Shown here in pieces: positions 49,048 to 60,684 of a stretch of DNA of 64,000 nucleotides. Origin of the DNA: an uncultured delta proteobacterium (GTDB taxonomy: Bacteria; Desulfobacterota; Binatia; UBA9968); the NCBI GenBank assembly GCA_963840855.1, contig CAWJBB010000041.1:96001-160000 (forward strand), read 5' to 3'. Every line of letters starts with the position of its first letter. Position 1 is the first letter of the stretch. The position numbers and the translations under genes were made by a program. The notes under the pieces were generated by a model that saw only the letters and a list, made by a program, of their open reading frames with translations, did no database searches and was not told the origin of the DNA.

Positions 49048-50152
49048 ATGTCAATTTTAAAGGTCGAAGGCGTTACCAAACGGTTCAAAGATCTCACCGC
49101 CTTAGACAACGTATCATTCGAGTTCGATAGGGGAATTCTTTCCTTCCTCGGGCCTTCGGGTTGCGGCAAGACGACGTTATTAAGATCCATCGCCGGCCTC
49201 GAAATTCCCGACGCGGGGGCGATTTCCATCGCCGATCAATTGCAGACCTCCATTGAGGAAGGCGTGCTGGTGCCGCCGTATTCCCGCGAAATCGGGTTCG
49301 TATTTCAAAACTATGCGCTGTGGCCGCATATGACGGTCTTCAAAAACGTCGCCTTTGGCCTCAAGTTGCGAAAGCTGGCGGAGGTAGAAATTCGGCGCAA
49401 AGTCCTCGACCGCCCTGGACCTGGTGGGCTTGCAGGGAAGGGAAGAGCGCTACCCTGCGCAGCTAAGCGGCGGGCAGCAACAGCGGGTTGCGCTGGCGCG
49501 GAGCCTGGCGTTGGAGCCGAGATTGATTTTGCTCGATGAACCGCTGAGCAACCTCGACGCCAAGCTGCGCGAAGAGATGCGCGTCGAAATCCGCAAGCTG
49601 ATTAAAAAGGTTGGCATCAGCGCGCTCTACGTCACCCATGATCAGGAGGAAGCTTTTACGATTTCCGACGCGGTCATCGTGATGGAAAGCGGCCGTATCC
49701 TCCAGTACGCCACGCCGGATGAAATCTATAACCGCCCGGCGCATCCGTTCGTTGCATCCTTTATCGGCCATTCGACGTTGATCGACGGCAAGGTTGTCAA
49801 GGTCGAAAGCGGGCTATGCGAAGTTGCCGTTCCTGAACTCAGCAACGTCACCTTGGTCTCGCCGGTGTCGGGGCCGGTGGCGGCTGGGGACCTCTGCAAA
49901 GTTGTAATTCGGATGAGTGAGATTCATTTGAGCCATGAGCGATTTCCCGACGGGACGGTCAACGTGTTGGAAGGGCAGATGACCAGCCGCGAGTTTCGCG
50001 GCGGTCTTACTGACCACCGGGTTCAGGTCGGGTCGCGCGAACTCGTGGTGACGTCACACAAGCTCTGTCCGATGATTCGGCTCGACGGCGAATCTGGCAA
50101 GACTTTCCTATCCATCGATAAATCCGCTATTAGCGTAATTATCGGCCATTAG
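49048..50152 (+). CDS. ABC transporter ATP-binding protein (PotA/FbpC-like), frameshift near 49410
   Basis: GPSGCGKT, FQNYALWPH, LSGGQQQR, LLDEP, VTHDQEEA. Confidence 0.85.
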
Positions 50153-50249
50153 ACATCCCCACCGGATATTTCACTCTTAAACTGAAAAATTAAGGAGTAC
50201 GGGTACGGCAAGCTGGAAGTCGATAAAGCTCGGATTTGGCCAGGGCTCG

Positions 50250-51905
50250 ATGATGCCGCTGCTGGCGAGCAGCATCGCCGGCGCGGCGATTATCACGCCG
50301 GTCATCATCGTTTTCTGGAGGAGCTTTACCTCCGGCAAGCTCGGCTTCACGGTCGGCTTCAATGTGGCCAATTACGCCCGCGTGTTGGGCGACAAAGACA
50401 TTTGGGCGATGCTCAATAACTCGGTTATCTACGCCGCGGGTTCGGCGTTGCTGGGAACCGGGCTGGGCGGGTTGCTCGCCTGGATCGTGGCGCGGACGAA
50501 TACGCCCGGCAAAGGTTTGGTTGAGTTGTTGCCGCTCTATCCGATCTTGATGCCGCCGATCATGAAAAATATCGCCTGGATCCTTCTCCTGGCGCCGAAG
50601 TCGGGGATCTTAAACGGTATGCTCGATCAATATCTGGGTATCTCTACACCTGTCTTCAATGCCTTCAGCATGGCCGGCATGATCTGGGTATTTGGTTTGG
50701 CCTGCGTGCCGCTGGGCTATCTGTTTCTCTTGCCGGTTTTCTTGTCTTTCGACCCTTCGCTGGAAGAAAGCGCATATATCGCCGGCAGCAAGCCGATGCA
50801 TACGATGATGAAGATTACTTTTCCGCTGGCGCTGCCGGCATTCCTTTCCGCTTTTGTGTTGAACTTTCTGCGCGGGCTGAGGTCCTTTGAGACACCCGTC
50901 CTCCAAGGGACGCCGGGCAACATCAAGGTTTTCGTCAGCCGGGTGTACGATTCGATGGCTCTCGAATTCAACACCGGACTGGCTACGGCGTACAGCGTTA
51001 TCTTGGTCGTTATGTCGATCGTAACGCTGTATTTTTACGTGCGCACGACCCGTTTTTCCGAGCGCTACGCGACCATCACCGGCAAAGGCTATCGCGTTAA
51101 GGTGATCGATATCGGCCCGTGGAAGTATGTCACCTTCATGGCCGTGTTCTTCTACTTTCTCGCGGGTATCTTGATTCCGTTCATCGTCCTCATAGTCGTT
51201 TCGATGATTCCGTACTACGACTACGAGACCTTCATGAACTTTCCCAACAACGCGGTGCTGAAAAACTATTTCACGGTTATGAAACATCCCAGCTTTGTCA
51301 ACGGACTTTATAATTCGCTAATACTGTCCATCGGTATTGCGCTGGTGACCGTGTTCTTCGGCATCATCATGGCCTTCGCGATTTATCGCACCCGGGCATT
51401 CGGCACGCAGCTGTTCGAATTTATCGGCACCCTGCCGCTGGCGTTCCCGCCTTTGGTCTTGTCCGTCGGTCTCGTGATCATTTTTCTCGGTACGCCCTTA
51501 TATAATAGTCTATGGGCTCTCGGCCTGGGGCTATTTGTCGCGTACTTTCCCTACGCGTTCCGGAACGCTTCCGGTTCCATCGTGAATATCCACAAGGAAC
51601 TCGACGAAGCGGCGTGGGTGCACGGTGCCAGGTGGCGGCATGTGTTTTTCAAAATTACCCTGCCGATCCTCAAGCCCTCGGTGGGTGGCGCGCTGTTCTA
51701 TATCTTTATTGAAGCGATCCGCAACGTCGATGTGGCGGTGCTGCTCACCGCGCCGGGAATGGAATACGGCCCGGTGACTTTATTCGAATACTTCAGAGTC
51801 GGCCAGTGGGCCGAAGCCGCGGCCGGCGGGGTCATCTATCTGGTCATACTGGCCCTTGCCGTGTCCATCGCGAAGTTTGCGTTTAACATGAAGTTCAGTC
51901 TATGA
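50250..51905 (+). CDS. ABC transporter permease (FbpB-like, two repeats)
   Basis: Two EAA loops (SLEESAYIAG, ELDEAAWVHGA); true start may be slightly upstream. Confidence 0.85.
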   Translation: MMPLLASSIAGAAIITPVIIVFWRSFTSGKLGFTVGFNVANYARVLGDKDIWAMLNNSVIYAAGSALLGTGLGGLLAWIVARTNTPGKGLVELLPLYPILMPPIMKNIAWILLLAPKSGILNGMLDQYLGISTPVFNAFSMAGMIWVFGLACVPLGYLFLLPVFLSFDPSLEESAYIAGSKPMHTMMKITFPLALPAFLSAFVLNFLRGLRSFETPVLQGTPGNIKVFVSRVYDSMALEFNTGLATAYSVILVVMSIVTLYFYVRTTRFSERYATITGKGYRVKVIDIGPWKYVTFMAVFFYFLAGILIPFIVLIVVSMIPYYDYETFMNFPNNAVLKNYFTVMKHPSFVNGLYNSLILSIGIALVTVFFGIIMAFAIYRTRAFGTQLFEFIGTLPLAFPPLVLSVGLVIIFLGTPLYNSLWALGLGLFVAYFPYAFRNASGSIVNIHKELDEAAWVHGARWRHVFFKITLPILKPSVGGALFYIFIEAIRNVDVAVLLTAPGMEYGPVTLFEYFRVGQWAEAAAGGVIYLVILALAVSIAKFAFNMKFSL

Positions 51906-51949
51906 ATGATTAACATTAGGCGTTTATTTCAACAAAGGGGGATATTGGA

Positions 51950-53098
51950 ATGATGCGAAAAACTGTGATGGCATGGGTTCTCGTTCTCGCGCCTGTCTTT
52001 CTCGTCTCGGGCCGGGGCATGGCGGCCGACGATACGAAGAAAGCGGCCGGCGAGGCTCAAAAGGCGGCCCAGAAGGCCGCTCCGGCGACCGCAAAGCCGG
52101 CCGGACAGAACCAAACAGCGGCTGCGGAAGCGGCGTTTCAAAAGCTCGCCAAGGAACTCTATCCGAAAGCGCAAAAGGAAGGGGCGTTGATCGTTTACTC
52201 GGTGTGGGATGTAGAACATCTCCGGGTCGTCACCGAGGCTTTCACCAAGCGTTTTCCCGGTATCAAAGCGACCTACTGGCAGGCGAGAAATCCTGAAATC
52301 GTCACCCGCGTCCTGACTGAATTTCAGGGCGGCCAAGCGAGCGTGGATGTAATTTTGTCGGACAATGCGCCGTCCGTGTTGCGCGCCGCCGGGGCGATGG
52401 CGAGCTACGAGACGATTCAGAAGGACGTATTGGTCTTGCACGACTCCACCCTGCCGACTGTGAGCCTTCAGGTACAAGCGCTGACTTTCAATACCAAGAA
52501 AATCAAGCCCGCCGAAATGCCGAAGAGCTGGGAGGAAGTCGCCAACCCGAAATTCAAGGGAATGGTGGCGTTGGATGACCCGATGAGAGCCGGGCCGCTC
52601 AGCTCTATGCTTGCGGGCCTAAAGGAGCAATGGAAAGACGACAACCGCTTCAACCATTTCCTCAGGGGGCTTAAGGCGCTGAACGTTCCCGTCCACAAGA
52701 GCACCAGCGCGATGTTTCGTCTGGTGATCGCCGGCGAGTACGCCATCTGCATGCCCGCGCTGCTGCACGACGTGATTGAAGAGAAGGAAAAGGGAACTCC
52801 AGTCGATTACCTCAAAACCGTCGCGCCCATTGTCTTCCCGCGCCAGGCGGGCATTTACGCTAAAGCGCCCAATCCTAATGCGGCGAAACTGTTCGCGGAA
52901 TGGGCTATCTCTCTGGAGGGACAGAAAGTGATCGATTCCGTCGGCAGAGAATCCTCACGCAAGGATTTCAAGTCAAAGACGGCGATCGAATCGGCGTTCC
53001 CCAAAGGTACCAAGGCCGTGCCGGTGAACGATAAGCTTTTTCTCGAAGATCCCAAAAAATGGTTGGATACTCACGTAAAGCCGATTTGGGAAGGGTAG
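51950..53098 (+). CDS. ABC transporter substrate-binding protein
   Basis: Signal peptide, AQKEGAL, APNPNAAKLFAEW. Confidence 0.85.
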   Translation: MMRKTVMAWVLVLAPVFLVSGRGMAADDTKKAAGEAQKAAQKAAPATAKPAGQNQTAAAEAAFQKLAKELYPKAQKEGALIVYSVWDVEHLRVVTEAFTKRFPGIKATYWQARNPEIVTRVLTEFQGGQASVDVILSDNAPSVLRAAGAMASYETIQKDVLVLHDSTLPTVSLQVQALTFNTKKIKPAEMPKSWEEVANPKFKGMVALDDPMRAGPLSSMLAGLKEQWKDDNRFNHFLRGLKALNVPVHKSTSAMFRLVIAGEYAICMPALLHDVIEEKEKGTPVDYLKTVAPIVFPRQAGIYAKAPNPNAAKLFAEWAISLEGQKVIDSVGRESSRKDFKSKTAIESAFPKGTKAVPVNDKLFLEDPKKWLDTHVKPIWEG

Positions 53099-53246
53099 TA
53101 TCCAGGACAAATGATAAGCGAGGCGAGAGGTCCGGCAAACATCAACATGCCTCGCCCATTTACTGCTCAAGCAATCTACCTGTATGGCTAGGGTACCGGA
53201 TTAATTAGCTGTAAAAGAAATTAACAAAACATTCTCAAAATAGCGC

Positions 53247-53275
53247 TTGACAAGAAAAACGGTTTTAAATAGTAT
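53247..53275 (+). promoter_or_regulatory. Sigma-70 promoter for rho
   Basis: TTGACA-N17-TAGTAT. Confidence 0.7.
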
Positions 53276-53577
53276 ATAGATAATCGCTCAGCGGTCTTAT
53301 TAACAAAACCCCCACTAGCGAAGCATCGTCCAGTTTGACCCGTTCCTAATTTGATTTGGTTTTCAGCAAAAACCTTCGAAAATCGTCTTGATGCTTGTCG
53401 TAATGACATGCCCGATGCCTAAATTGTGCCATAGCTAAATTTCCGCTGCAGGGGTTCGTCGGATATCCCGAGCCGGTATCGACTGTCCGGGCGAATTAGT
53501 TCCTATTTCAAGATCGACTCACGGGACGGAAAAATTCTTTAGCGCTCTTACCCAGTTTGAAAGGAGAATGATCGTTT

Positions 53578-54879
53578 ATGGTGCGTGGCAGAATGCGGGC
53601 CGCCGAACCGGAAGGTACTGACGACAACGGGCTAAACCTCAAAGCTCTCAAGGAAAAGAAGATCAGCGATCTCGCGTTGATTGGCAAGGGCTTCAACATC
53701 GAAGGCGCGGCTAATATGCGCAAGCAGGAGCTGATTTTCGCGATCCTGCAAGCGCAAACCGACCAGAACGGCCATGTTTATGGCGAGGGCGTTTTGGAAA
53801 CGCTCCCTGATGGATTCGGTTTTCTCCGGGCTCCAGACTACAATTATTTGCCTGGTCCGGATGACATCTATGTGTCTCCCAGCCAAATACGGAGATTTAG
53901 CTTGCGCACGGGGGACATTATTTCCGGCCACATCCGGCCGCCTAAGGAAGGGGAGCGTTATTTTGCGCTGCTGAAGGTCGAGTCTATTAATTACGAAGAC
54001 CCCGAAAAGGCGCGGGAGAAAATCCTTTTCGACAACCTGACTCCGTTATATCCCAACGAGCGACTCCAGCTCGAATCTCAACCCGACAACTACACCACGC
54101 GCATCGTGGACCTGCTTACGCCCATCGGCAAAGGCCAACGCGGCTTAATTGTTGCCGCTCCCCGAACGGGCAAAACCATGATGCTGCAAAATATCGCCAA
54201 AGCGATTGCGCACAATCATAAGGAAGTGATCTTGATCGTGCTGTTGATCGACGAACGGCCCGAAGAAGTCACCGATATGCAGCGGTCCGTAGACGGCGAA
54301 GTCATCAGTTCCACCTTCGACGAACCGGCCACGCGCCATGTGCAGGTGGCGGAGATGGTTATTGAAAAGGCCAAGCGGCTGGTAGAACATGGAAAAGACG
54401 TCGTGATATTGCTCGACAGTATCACGCGATTGGCCCGGGCCTATAATACCGTCGTCCCGCCCAGTGGTAAGATACTCTCCGGCGGTGTCGACTCCAACGC
54501 TCTTCACAAGCCAAAAAAGTTCTTCGGCGCGGCGCGCAATATTGAGGACGGCGGCAGCTTGACCATTTTGGCCACCGCGCTCATCGATACCGGCAGCCGC
54601 ATGGACGAGGTGATCTTCGAGGAATTCAAAGGCACGGGCAATATGGAGGTCAATCTGGACCGCCGATTGATGGATAAGCGCGTCTTTCCTGCCATCGACA
54701 TCAACAAGTCGGGAACCAGAAAGGAAGAATTACTGATCGCCAGAGAAGATCTCAACCGCATCTGGATATTGCGCAAGGTTTTGTCACAGCTGAGCGTCGT
54801 CGAGGCGATGGAATTTTTGCTCGATAAGATGCGCGGCACCAAGAACAATAAAGAGTTTTTGGAATCCATGAGCCAGTGA
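53578..54879 (+). CDS. rho: Transcription termination factor Rho
   Basis: [49 protein letters not shown]. Confidence 0.98.
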   Translation: MVRGRMRAAEPEGTDDNGLNLKALKEKKISDLALIGKGFNIEGAANMRKQELIFAILQAQTDQNGHVYGEGVLETLPDGFGFLRAPDYNYLPGPDDIYVSPSQIRRFSLRTGDIISGHIRPPKEGERYFALLKVESINYEDPEKAREKILFDNLTPLYPNERLQLESQPDNYTTRIVDLLTPIGKGQRGLIVAAPRTGKTMMLQNIAKAIAHNHKEVILIVLLIDERPEEVTDMQRSVDGEVISSTFDEPATRHVQVAEMVIEKAKRLVEHGKDVVILLDSITRLARAYNTVVPPSGKILSGGVDSNALHKPKKFFGAARNIEDGGSLTILATALIDTGSRMDEVIFEEFKGTGNMEVNLDRRLMDKRVFPAIDINKSGTRKEELLIAREDLNRIWILRKVLSQLSVVEAMEFLLDKMRGTKNNKEFLESMSQ

Positions 54880-55024
54880 CCTCTTCGAGTCTTGCCAGCC
54901 TGCCTTGCGTGATCACTCGATCTTTGTTAAAAACGCTCAGGTTGCTAGCTGTCTCTAACTCGTCATAGTTCAATCAGGGGTCCCTCGCCGGGCGTATGTG
55001 CGTCGCGAGGGCTAATCTATCACC

Positions 55025-55117
55025 TATTACACACCCTCACGGATCTCAATCGGGGTGCCGGGTAAGGTTCGGTTGGGAATTGAAGTGAAGAGAGGATAAG
55101 ACCAAAGGAGTAACTGC
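55025..55117 (+). ncRNA. rpsB leader (t44/S2 autoregulatory element)
   Basis: ACACAC ... CGGGGTGCC ... GAGG-ATAA layout directly upstream of rpsB. Confidence 0.55.
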
Positions 55118-55903
55118 ATGGCGGATATCGCAATGAAACAACTCTTGGAGGCGGGGGTGCATTTTGGGCACCAAACCAGCCGCTGGAATCCAAAGATGAA
55201 ACCCTATATCTTTGGCGCCCGTAACGGGATTCATATCATTGATCTTCAACAGACAGTGTCCATGTTTAAAGACATGGAGAACGCTGTGCGCAATTTAGCG
55301 GCCGCGGGCGGGCATATTCTTTTTGTCGGCACCAAGAAGCAGGCGCAGGACGCGATCAGAGAAGAAGCGGAACGCTGCGGCATGTTTCATGTGCACAACC
55401 GCTGGCTCGGTGGTACGCTCACCAACTTTTCAACGATTCGCCAGAGCATCGAGCGGCTGCGCAAACTGGAAGAGATGGAAAACGATCCGAGAATCGCCGA
55501 GGCGCTCACCAAAAAAGAAATGCTCGGCCTCAAACGCGAAAAGGAAAAACTCGAACAGTCACTGGGCGGGATAAAAGCCATGCGCAAACTCCCGGACGCA
55601 ATTTTTGTCGTGGATCCCAAGCAGGAAGAGATTGCGGTTAAAGAGGCAAGAAAGCTTGGCATCCCGGTGGTCGCGGTTCTCGACACCAACTGCGATCCGG
55701 ATATGGTGGATATTAAAGTCCCTGGTAACGACGATGCGATTCGCGCCATTAGGCTGTTTTGCGCCGCTATTGCCGACGCCGTACTCGAAGGCAAGACCGC
55801 GTATGAACAATCCCTCGTAAAAGAAAAAGAGCGTGAAAAAACGCCGGAAACGGCGGCGGATGGCCGGCCGGGGGCGGAGAGTTCCATGGCGGGAGGGGTA
55901 TGA
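55118..55903 (+). CDS. rpsB: 30S ribosomal protein S2
   Basis: [28 protein letters not shown]. Confidence 0.98.
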   Translation: MADIAMKQLLEAGVHFGHQTSRWNPKMKPYIFGARNGIHIIDLQQTVSMFKDMENAVRNLAAAGGHILFVGTKKQAQDAIREEAERCGMFHVHNRWLGGTLTNFSTIRQSIERLRKLEEMENDPRIAEALTKKEMLGLKREKEKLEQSLGGIKAMRKLPDAIFVVDPKQEEIAVKEARKLGIPVVAVLDTNCDPDMVDIKVPGNDDAIRAIRLFCAAIADAVLEGKTAYEQSLVKEKEREKTPETAADGRPGAESSMAGGV

Positions 55904-55907
55904 GACG

Positions 55908-56522
55908 ATGGAAGTCAGCGCTAACATTGTCAAACAGTTGCGGGAAAAAACCGGCGCGGGATTCATGGATTGTAAGAAGGCCCTTGCCGAAACCGGCGGA
56001 GACATAGAAAAAGCGGTGGATTACTTGAGGAAGCGAGGGGTGGCGGCGGCGGCGAAAAAGGCCGGCCGAGTTGTCACCGATGGCGCGGTCGGCGCTTACG
56101 TCCATCCGGGCGGCAAGGTCGGTGTGCTCTTGGAAATTAATTGCGAAAGCGATTTCGTCGCGCGAAACGCGGAGTTTCAAGCTCTGTTGAAGGATATGGC
56201 AATGCAGGTGGCCGCGGCCAATCCCCGCTATGTGAGGCGCGAAGAGGTCTCTGCCGAGGAGTCTGAAAGGGAAAAATCGATCTACCACCAGCAAGCCCTG
56301 GAAACTGGCAAGCCGGAAAAGGTCATTGAGAAAATCGTCGAAGGCAAGATGGAACGATTTTACTCCGAGGTTTGTTTGCTGGAGCAACCTTTCATTAAAG
56401 ATCCGGACCGTAAAGTATCAGCGGTTATCAACGACGCTATCGCGCGTTTAGGGGAGAATATTCAAGTTCGCCGTTTCGCGCGCTATCATCTCGGTGAAGG
56501 GACGTCCTCCGCCAAGGAATAG
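55908..56522 (+). CDS. tsf: Elongation factor Ts
   Basis: [24 protein letters not shown]. Confidence 0.97.
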   Translation: MEVSANIVKQLREKTGAGFMDCKKALAETGGDIEKAVDYLRKRGVAAAAKKAGRVVTDGAVGAYVHPGGKVGVLLEINCESDFVARNAEFQALLKDMAMQVAAANPRYVRREEVSAEESEREKSIYHQQALETGKPEKVIEKIVEGKMERFYSEVCLLEQPFIKDPDRKVSAVINDAIARLGENIQVRRFARYHLGEGTSSAKE

Positions 56523-56541
56523 TTGCATAGCCTGGATAGCC

Positions 56542-57273
56542 ATGGATAACGGAACCCTCAAGTACAAACGCATTATCCTTAAAGTCACCGGTGAAGTCTT
56601 TGCAGGGCCGCAAAAGTACGGTATCGACGGGAAGACCGTAAAAGCCTTCGCCCAGGAAATCCAAGAAGTCAAAGAATTAGGTTGCGAGCTTGCGCTGGTC
56701 ATCGGCGGCGGAAACATATTTCGTGGCGCGGTGGCGAGCGAGATCGGTATGGACCGCGCCAGCGCCGATACGATGGGCATGTTGGCGACGGTAATCAACA
56801 GCCTGGCGCTGCAAGACGCTCTGGAGAAACTCGGGGTTTCGACTCGGGTCTTATCTGCCATAGAAATGCGCCAGGTCGCCGAGCCTTATATCCGGCGGCG
56901 CGCGACGCGCCATTTGGAGAAGGGCAGAGTCGTGATCTTCGCCGGCGGTACCGGCAACCCCTTTTTTACGACCGACACCACCGCTAGCCTCCGGGCGATG
57001 GAAATAGGCGCTGAAGTTCTTCTAAAGGCGACCAAGGTCGAAGGCGTCTACGATGCTGATCCCTTCAAAAATGAAAGCGCCACCAAGTTTGAAGAGTTGA
57101 CCTACATCGAGGTCCTGAACCGCGAGCTCAAAGTGATGGATTCTACGGCCATATCCTTATGTATGGATAATCATGTGCCGATCATCGTCTTCAACATCAT
57201 GGAAAAAGGCAACATCTTGCGCGTCGTATCGGGAGAACCCATCGGCACTCTAGTCAGCGGGGGAAAGCGATGA
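56542..57273 (+). CDS. pyrH: UMP kinase
   Basis: [24 protein letters not shown]. Confidence 0.97.
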   Translation: MDNGTLKYKRIILKVTGEVFAGPQKYGIDGKTVKAFAQEIQEVKELGCELALVIGGGNIFRGAVASEIGMDRASADTMGMLATVINSLALQDALEKLGVSTRVLSAIEMRQVAEPYIRRRATRHLEKGRVVIFAGGTGNPFFTTDTTASLRAMEIGAEVLLKATKVEGVYDADPFKNESATKFEELTYIEVLNRELKVMDSTAISLCMDNHVPIIVFNIMEKGNILRVVSGEPIGTLVSGGKR

Positions 57274-57827
57274 ACGAAGTAATTTTTGCACAGGTGCAAA
57301 AAGAGATGGACGAATCGGTGGGCGCGTTGCGCAAGGAGTTGGCCAAGCTTCGTACCGGAAGAGCTTCCACCGCGCTGTTGGAACATATCGTGGTGGAATA
57401 CTACGGTGCCACCACTCCTTTAAATCAGCTGGCGACATTGAGCGCACCGGAAACGCGGCTCTTGGTGATTCAGCCCTATGACCGTAGCGCGATGGTGAAT
57501 ATAGAAAAGGCCCTCTTGAAATCGGATTTGGGGCTCACGCCAAACAATGATGGGAAAATCATTCGCGTGCCGATTCCCCAGCTCACGGAGGAGCGGCGCA
57601 AGGATCTGGTGAAGCATGTTAAAAGGATCGGCGAAGAGTTTCGCGTTTCCGTTCGCAATCACCGCCGGGTAGCCATTGAACGCCTGAAAGAGGCTGAGAA
57701 AAAGAAAGAGATCACGGCAGATGATTTTAAGCATGGCCAGGATCGGGTGCAGAAAACCACCGATGATTTCATTGGCAAAATTGATCAAGTCATCAAAGCC
57801 AAGGAAGCGGAGGTCATGGAGGTGTGA
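57270..57827 (+). CDS. frr: Ribosome recycling factor
   Basis: [23 protein letters not shown]. Confidence 0.97.
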   Translation: MNEVIFAQVQKEMDESVGALRKELAKLRTGRASTALLEHIVVEYYGATTPLNQLATLSAPETRLLVIQPYDRSAMVNIEKALLKSDLGLTPNNDGKIIRVPIPQLTEERRKDLVKHVKRIGEEFRVSVRNHRRVAIERLKEAEKKKEITADDFKHGQDRVQKTTDDFIGKIDQVIKAKEAEVMEV

Positions 57828-57936
57828 TCCGCCGTTGACCCGCCGCTTCACCATGTGTTTCCTGCGCTATTGTCGCGGAATCTCGCTCCACCCGCCGCTT
57901 ACGCAAGTGCAAGCGCTACCGCGCGTTTAAAGAATC

Positions 57937-58716
57937 ATGGAGCTCAACGGTCTGGACAAGAGCCGTTTGCCCCAGCATGTGGCCATTATTATGGACGGCA
58001 ATGGGCGCTGGGCGAAGTTGCGTGGCAAGAGCCGGATCGAGGGCCACCGCCGCGGCAAGACATCGGTGCGCGTGATCGTCGAAATGAGCCGCAAGATCGG
58101 CATTCGCTATCTGTCATTGTACGCGTTTTCCACCGAGAATTGGTTGCGCCCGAGAGAGGAAGTGCATGCCTTGATGGGCCTGCTGGAGCATTATCTTGCC
58201 GTGGAGCAAGCGAAACTGATGCGCTACGGTATCCGGCTTCTCGCGGTCGGCGACCGGGAGCGTCTTCCTGCGCGGGTGCGGCGCGCCCTTGAACAAGTGA
58301 TAGCGCGGACGCAGGATAACCGGCGCATGACCGTGATTCTGGCCCTGAGTTACAGCGGGCGCGACGACATTGTCCGCATGGCCAGACATCTGGCGCGTGA
58401 AGCGCGCGCGGGCAGATTAGATCCCGAGACCGTCAACGAAGAAATCATCTCGGCGCAGCTCGATACGGCGGGGGTGCCCGACCCGGATCTGTTGATTCGT
58501 ACCAGCGGCGAGCAACGCATCAGCAATTTCTTCTTGTGGCAAATCGCCTACAGCGAGCTCTACGTGACCCCGACGCTCTGGCCCGACTTTCGTGAGCGCG
58601 AGTATGTCGCGGCCCTTACTGAATATCAGAGCCGGCGCAGAAGGTTCGGCCGAACCGACGAGCAACTCGACCAAACGCCGCCCCAGTCCGTGCAGGCCAG
58701 TGGAAGCGAATCTTAA
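57937..58716 (+). CDS. uppS: Undecaprenyl diphosphate synthase
   Basis: IMDGNGRWA, FSTENW, RTSGEQRISNF. Confidence 0.97.
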   Translation: MELNGLDKSRLPQHVAIIMDGNGRWAKLRGKSRIEGHRRGKTSVRVIVEMSRKIGIRYLSLYAFSTENWLRPREEVHALMGLLEHYLAVEQAKLMRYGIRLLAVGDRERLPARVRRALEQVIARTQDNRRMTVILALSYSGRDDIVRMARHLAREARAGRLDPETVNEEIISAQLDTAGVPDPDLLIRTSGEQRISNFFLWQIAYSELYVTPTLWPDFREREYVAALTEYQSRRRRFGRTDEQLDQTPPQSVQASGSES

Positions 58717-59506
58717 GCGGCGAGTTCTCACCGCGCTGGTTGCCATCTCGCTTGTGGCTATGATCGTCGGTTGGGCACCGCCGTGGATTTTTACCGCTCT
58801 GGTTCTGAGCGTGACAGCGCTGGCGCTCTATGAATATTTCGCTATGGCGCTACCGGGACACCCCGGCGAGCAATTTCTGGGGGTTTTATTCGGCATCACG
58901 GTGTCGCTCTTGTTGGTGATCCCCGACCTCGCTCAAAGGGAGCTATGGCTTTCGCTGTTGTTGGTGCTAAGTTTTACGGGTTACGTGTTTGTCGGCGGCA
59001 AACTACAGGAGAAATTTACCAGGCTGGCCTGGACCGTGCTTGGCGGTTTTTATATCGGTTTGTTGATGCCGAACTGGATTTTCTTGTTTCGATTTCCCGA
59101 CGGTCGAAGCTGGGTATTTTTCGTTCTCAGCGTGATTGTGGCGGGCGATACAGCGGCGTATTTTACGGGAAAGCGGTTTGGCGTCAAGACGCTCGCCCCG
59201 GAAATCAGCCCGGCTAAGACCGTGGCGGGCGCTTGGGGCTACCTATGTGGCAGCGTCGTCGCGGGCGCCATCGCAGCGCCATTGTTCCTAGGTAAGTATC
59301 CGTTTTTGGCGATCACCGGATTGGCGCTGATTCTGGCGGCGCTGGGTCAGCTCGGCGATTTGTTTGAGTCTTTGCTTAAGCGTGTTTTCGCCGTAAAGGA
59401 TTCAAGCGCGCTACTGCCGGGACATGGCGGAGTCTTGGACCGCCTCGATAGTTTGATATTTCCTGCGGTGTTTGCGAACGCCTATTTGAGAGTCTTCCAT
59501 TCATGA
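58700..59506 (+). CDS. cdsA: Phosphatidate cytidylyltransferase
   Basis: ISP.KT..G, GDLFESLLKR...VKDS...PGHGGVLDRLDS. Confidence 0.95.
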   Translation: MEANLKRRVLTALVAISLVAMIVGWAPPWIFTALVLSVTALALYEYFAMALPGHPGEQFLGVLFGITVSLLLVIPDLAQRELWLSLLLVLSFTGYVFVGGKLQEKFTRLAWTVLGGFYIGLLMPNWIFLFRFPDGRSWVFFVLSVIVAGDTAAYFTGKRFGVKTLAPEISPAKTVAGAWGYLCGSVVAGAIAAPLFLGKYPFLAITGLALILAALGQLGDLFESLLKRVFAVKDSSALLPGHGGVLDRLDSLIFPAVFANAYLRVFHS

Positions 59507-60684
59507 AAACCATCGCGCTCTTAGGCTCCACTGGGTCCATCGGCATGAGCACTTTGGATTTGGTGCGCCAATTTCCCGAGCGTTTCAAAATTCATGGCAT
59601 GGCGGCGGGAGTGAATCTCAAACGACTCGCGGCTCAGGTAAAAGAGTTTTCTCCGCGCGTCGTGTCGATCAAACATGAAAAAGACGTGCCGCGCATGCGG
59701 CAGTTATTGAACGGGCAGCGGGTGGAAGTACTTTGGGGCGAAGCGGGTGCCGCCGAAATCGCCAGCGCTAACGAGGTAGACGTTGTATTGGCCGCCATCG
59801 TCGGCGGGGCGGGGTTAATGCCGACTTTCAAGGCGCTCAACGCCGGTAAGGAGATCGCTCTCGCCAACAAAGAGGCGCTGGTGATGGCGGGCGAGCTTTT
59901 GGTCAGCGCCGCGGAGAAAAAGGGCGTAAGGCTGTTCCCCGTGGACAGCGAGCACAGCGCCATTTTTCAATGCCTGCAAGGCAACTTGCGCGACGAGGTG
60001 GACAAGCTCATTTTGACCGCGTCGGGGGGGCCGTTCCTGCGCATGCCGCTGAAGCGATTGGGCAGCGTGACGGTGGCCCAGGCGCTCAAGCATCCCAATT
60101 GGAAAATGGGACGCAAAATCACCATCGACTCGGCAACCATGATGAATAAGGGATTAGAGGTGGTGGAGGCGCGCTGGGAATTCCAAATGGTACCTGAATG
60201 TATAGAAGTAGTAATTCATCCCCAGAGCGTCGTGCACTCCATGGTCCGGTACCAGGACGGCGCGGTCATTGCCCAGTTAGGCGTTCCCGACATGCGAATT
60301 CCGATTGCCTACGCCTTGGCTTACCCGCATCGTTTAAAAGGAAAGTGGCAGGCTCTGGAACTCACCCGGCATGGTGAGTTAAACTTTCTCCCGGTGGATC
60401 ATAAGCGATACCCTGCCCTCGGGCTTGCCTACGGGGCGTTACGCGAAGGTGGCACGATGCCGACGGTACTCAACGCGGCCAATGAAGTGGCGGTGGAGGC
60501 ATTTCTCGAAGGGAGGATCGGATTTCGCGATATTCATCGCGTTATTGATAAGACGATGCAGCGCCATGCGGCGACGCGTCCAAAAGATATAGGCGAGATT
60601 CTCAGCGTGGACCGCTGGGCGCGTGAGAACGCATCTTCGTTAGTGAACCGGACTTACGGAAGGATAAAAGCATGGAAAGCGTAA
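59503..60684 (+). CDS. dxr: 1-deoxy-D-xylulose 5-phosphate reductoisomerase
   Basis: LGSTGSIG, ANKE, PVDSEH, HPNWKMG, NAANE. Confidence 0.97.
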   Translation: MKTIALLGSTGSIGMSTLDLVRQFPERFKIHGMAAGVNLKRLAAQVKEFSPRVVSIKHEKDVPRMRQLLNGQRVEVLWGEAGAAEIASANEVDVVLAAIVGGAGLMPTFKALNAGKEIALANKEALVMAGELLVSAAEKKGVRLFPVDSEHSAIFQCLQGNLRDEVDKLILTASGGPFLRMPLKRLGSVTVAQALKHPNWKMGRKITIDSATMMNKGLEVVEARWEFQMVPECIEVVIHPQSVVHSMVRYQDGAVIAQLGVPDMRIPIAYALAYPHRLKGKWQALELTRHGELNFLPVDHKRYPALGLAYGALREGGTMPTVLNAANEVAVEAFLEGRIGFRDIHRVIDKTMQRHAATRPKDIGEILSVDRWARENASSLVNRTYGRIKAWKA

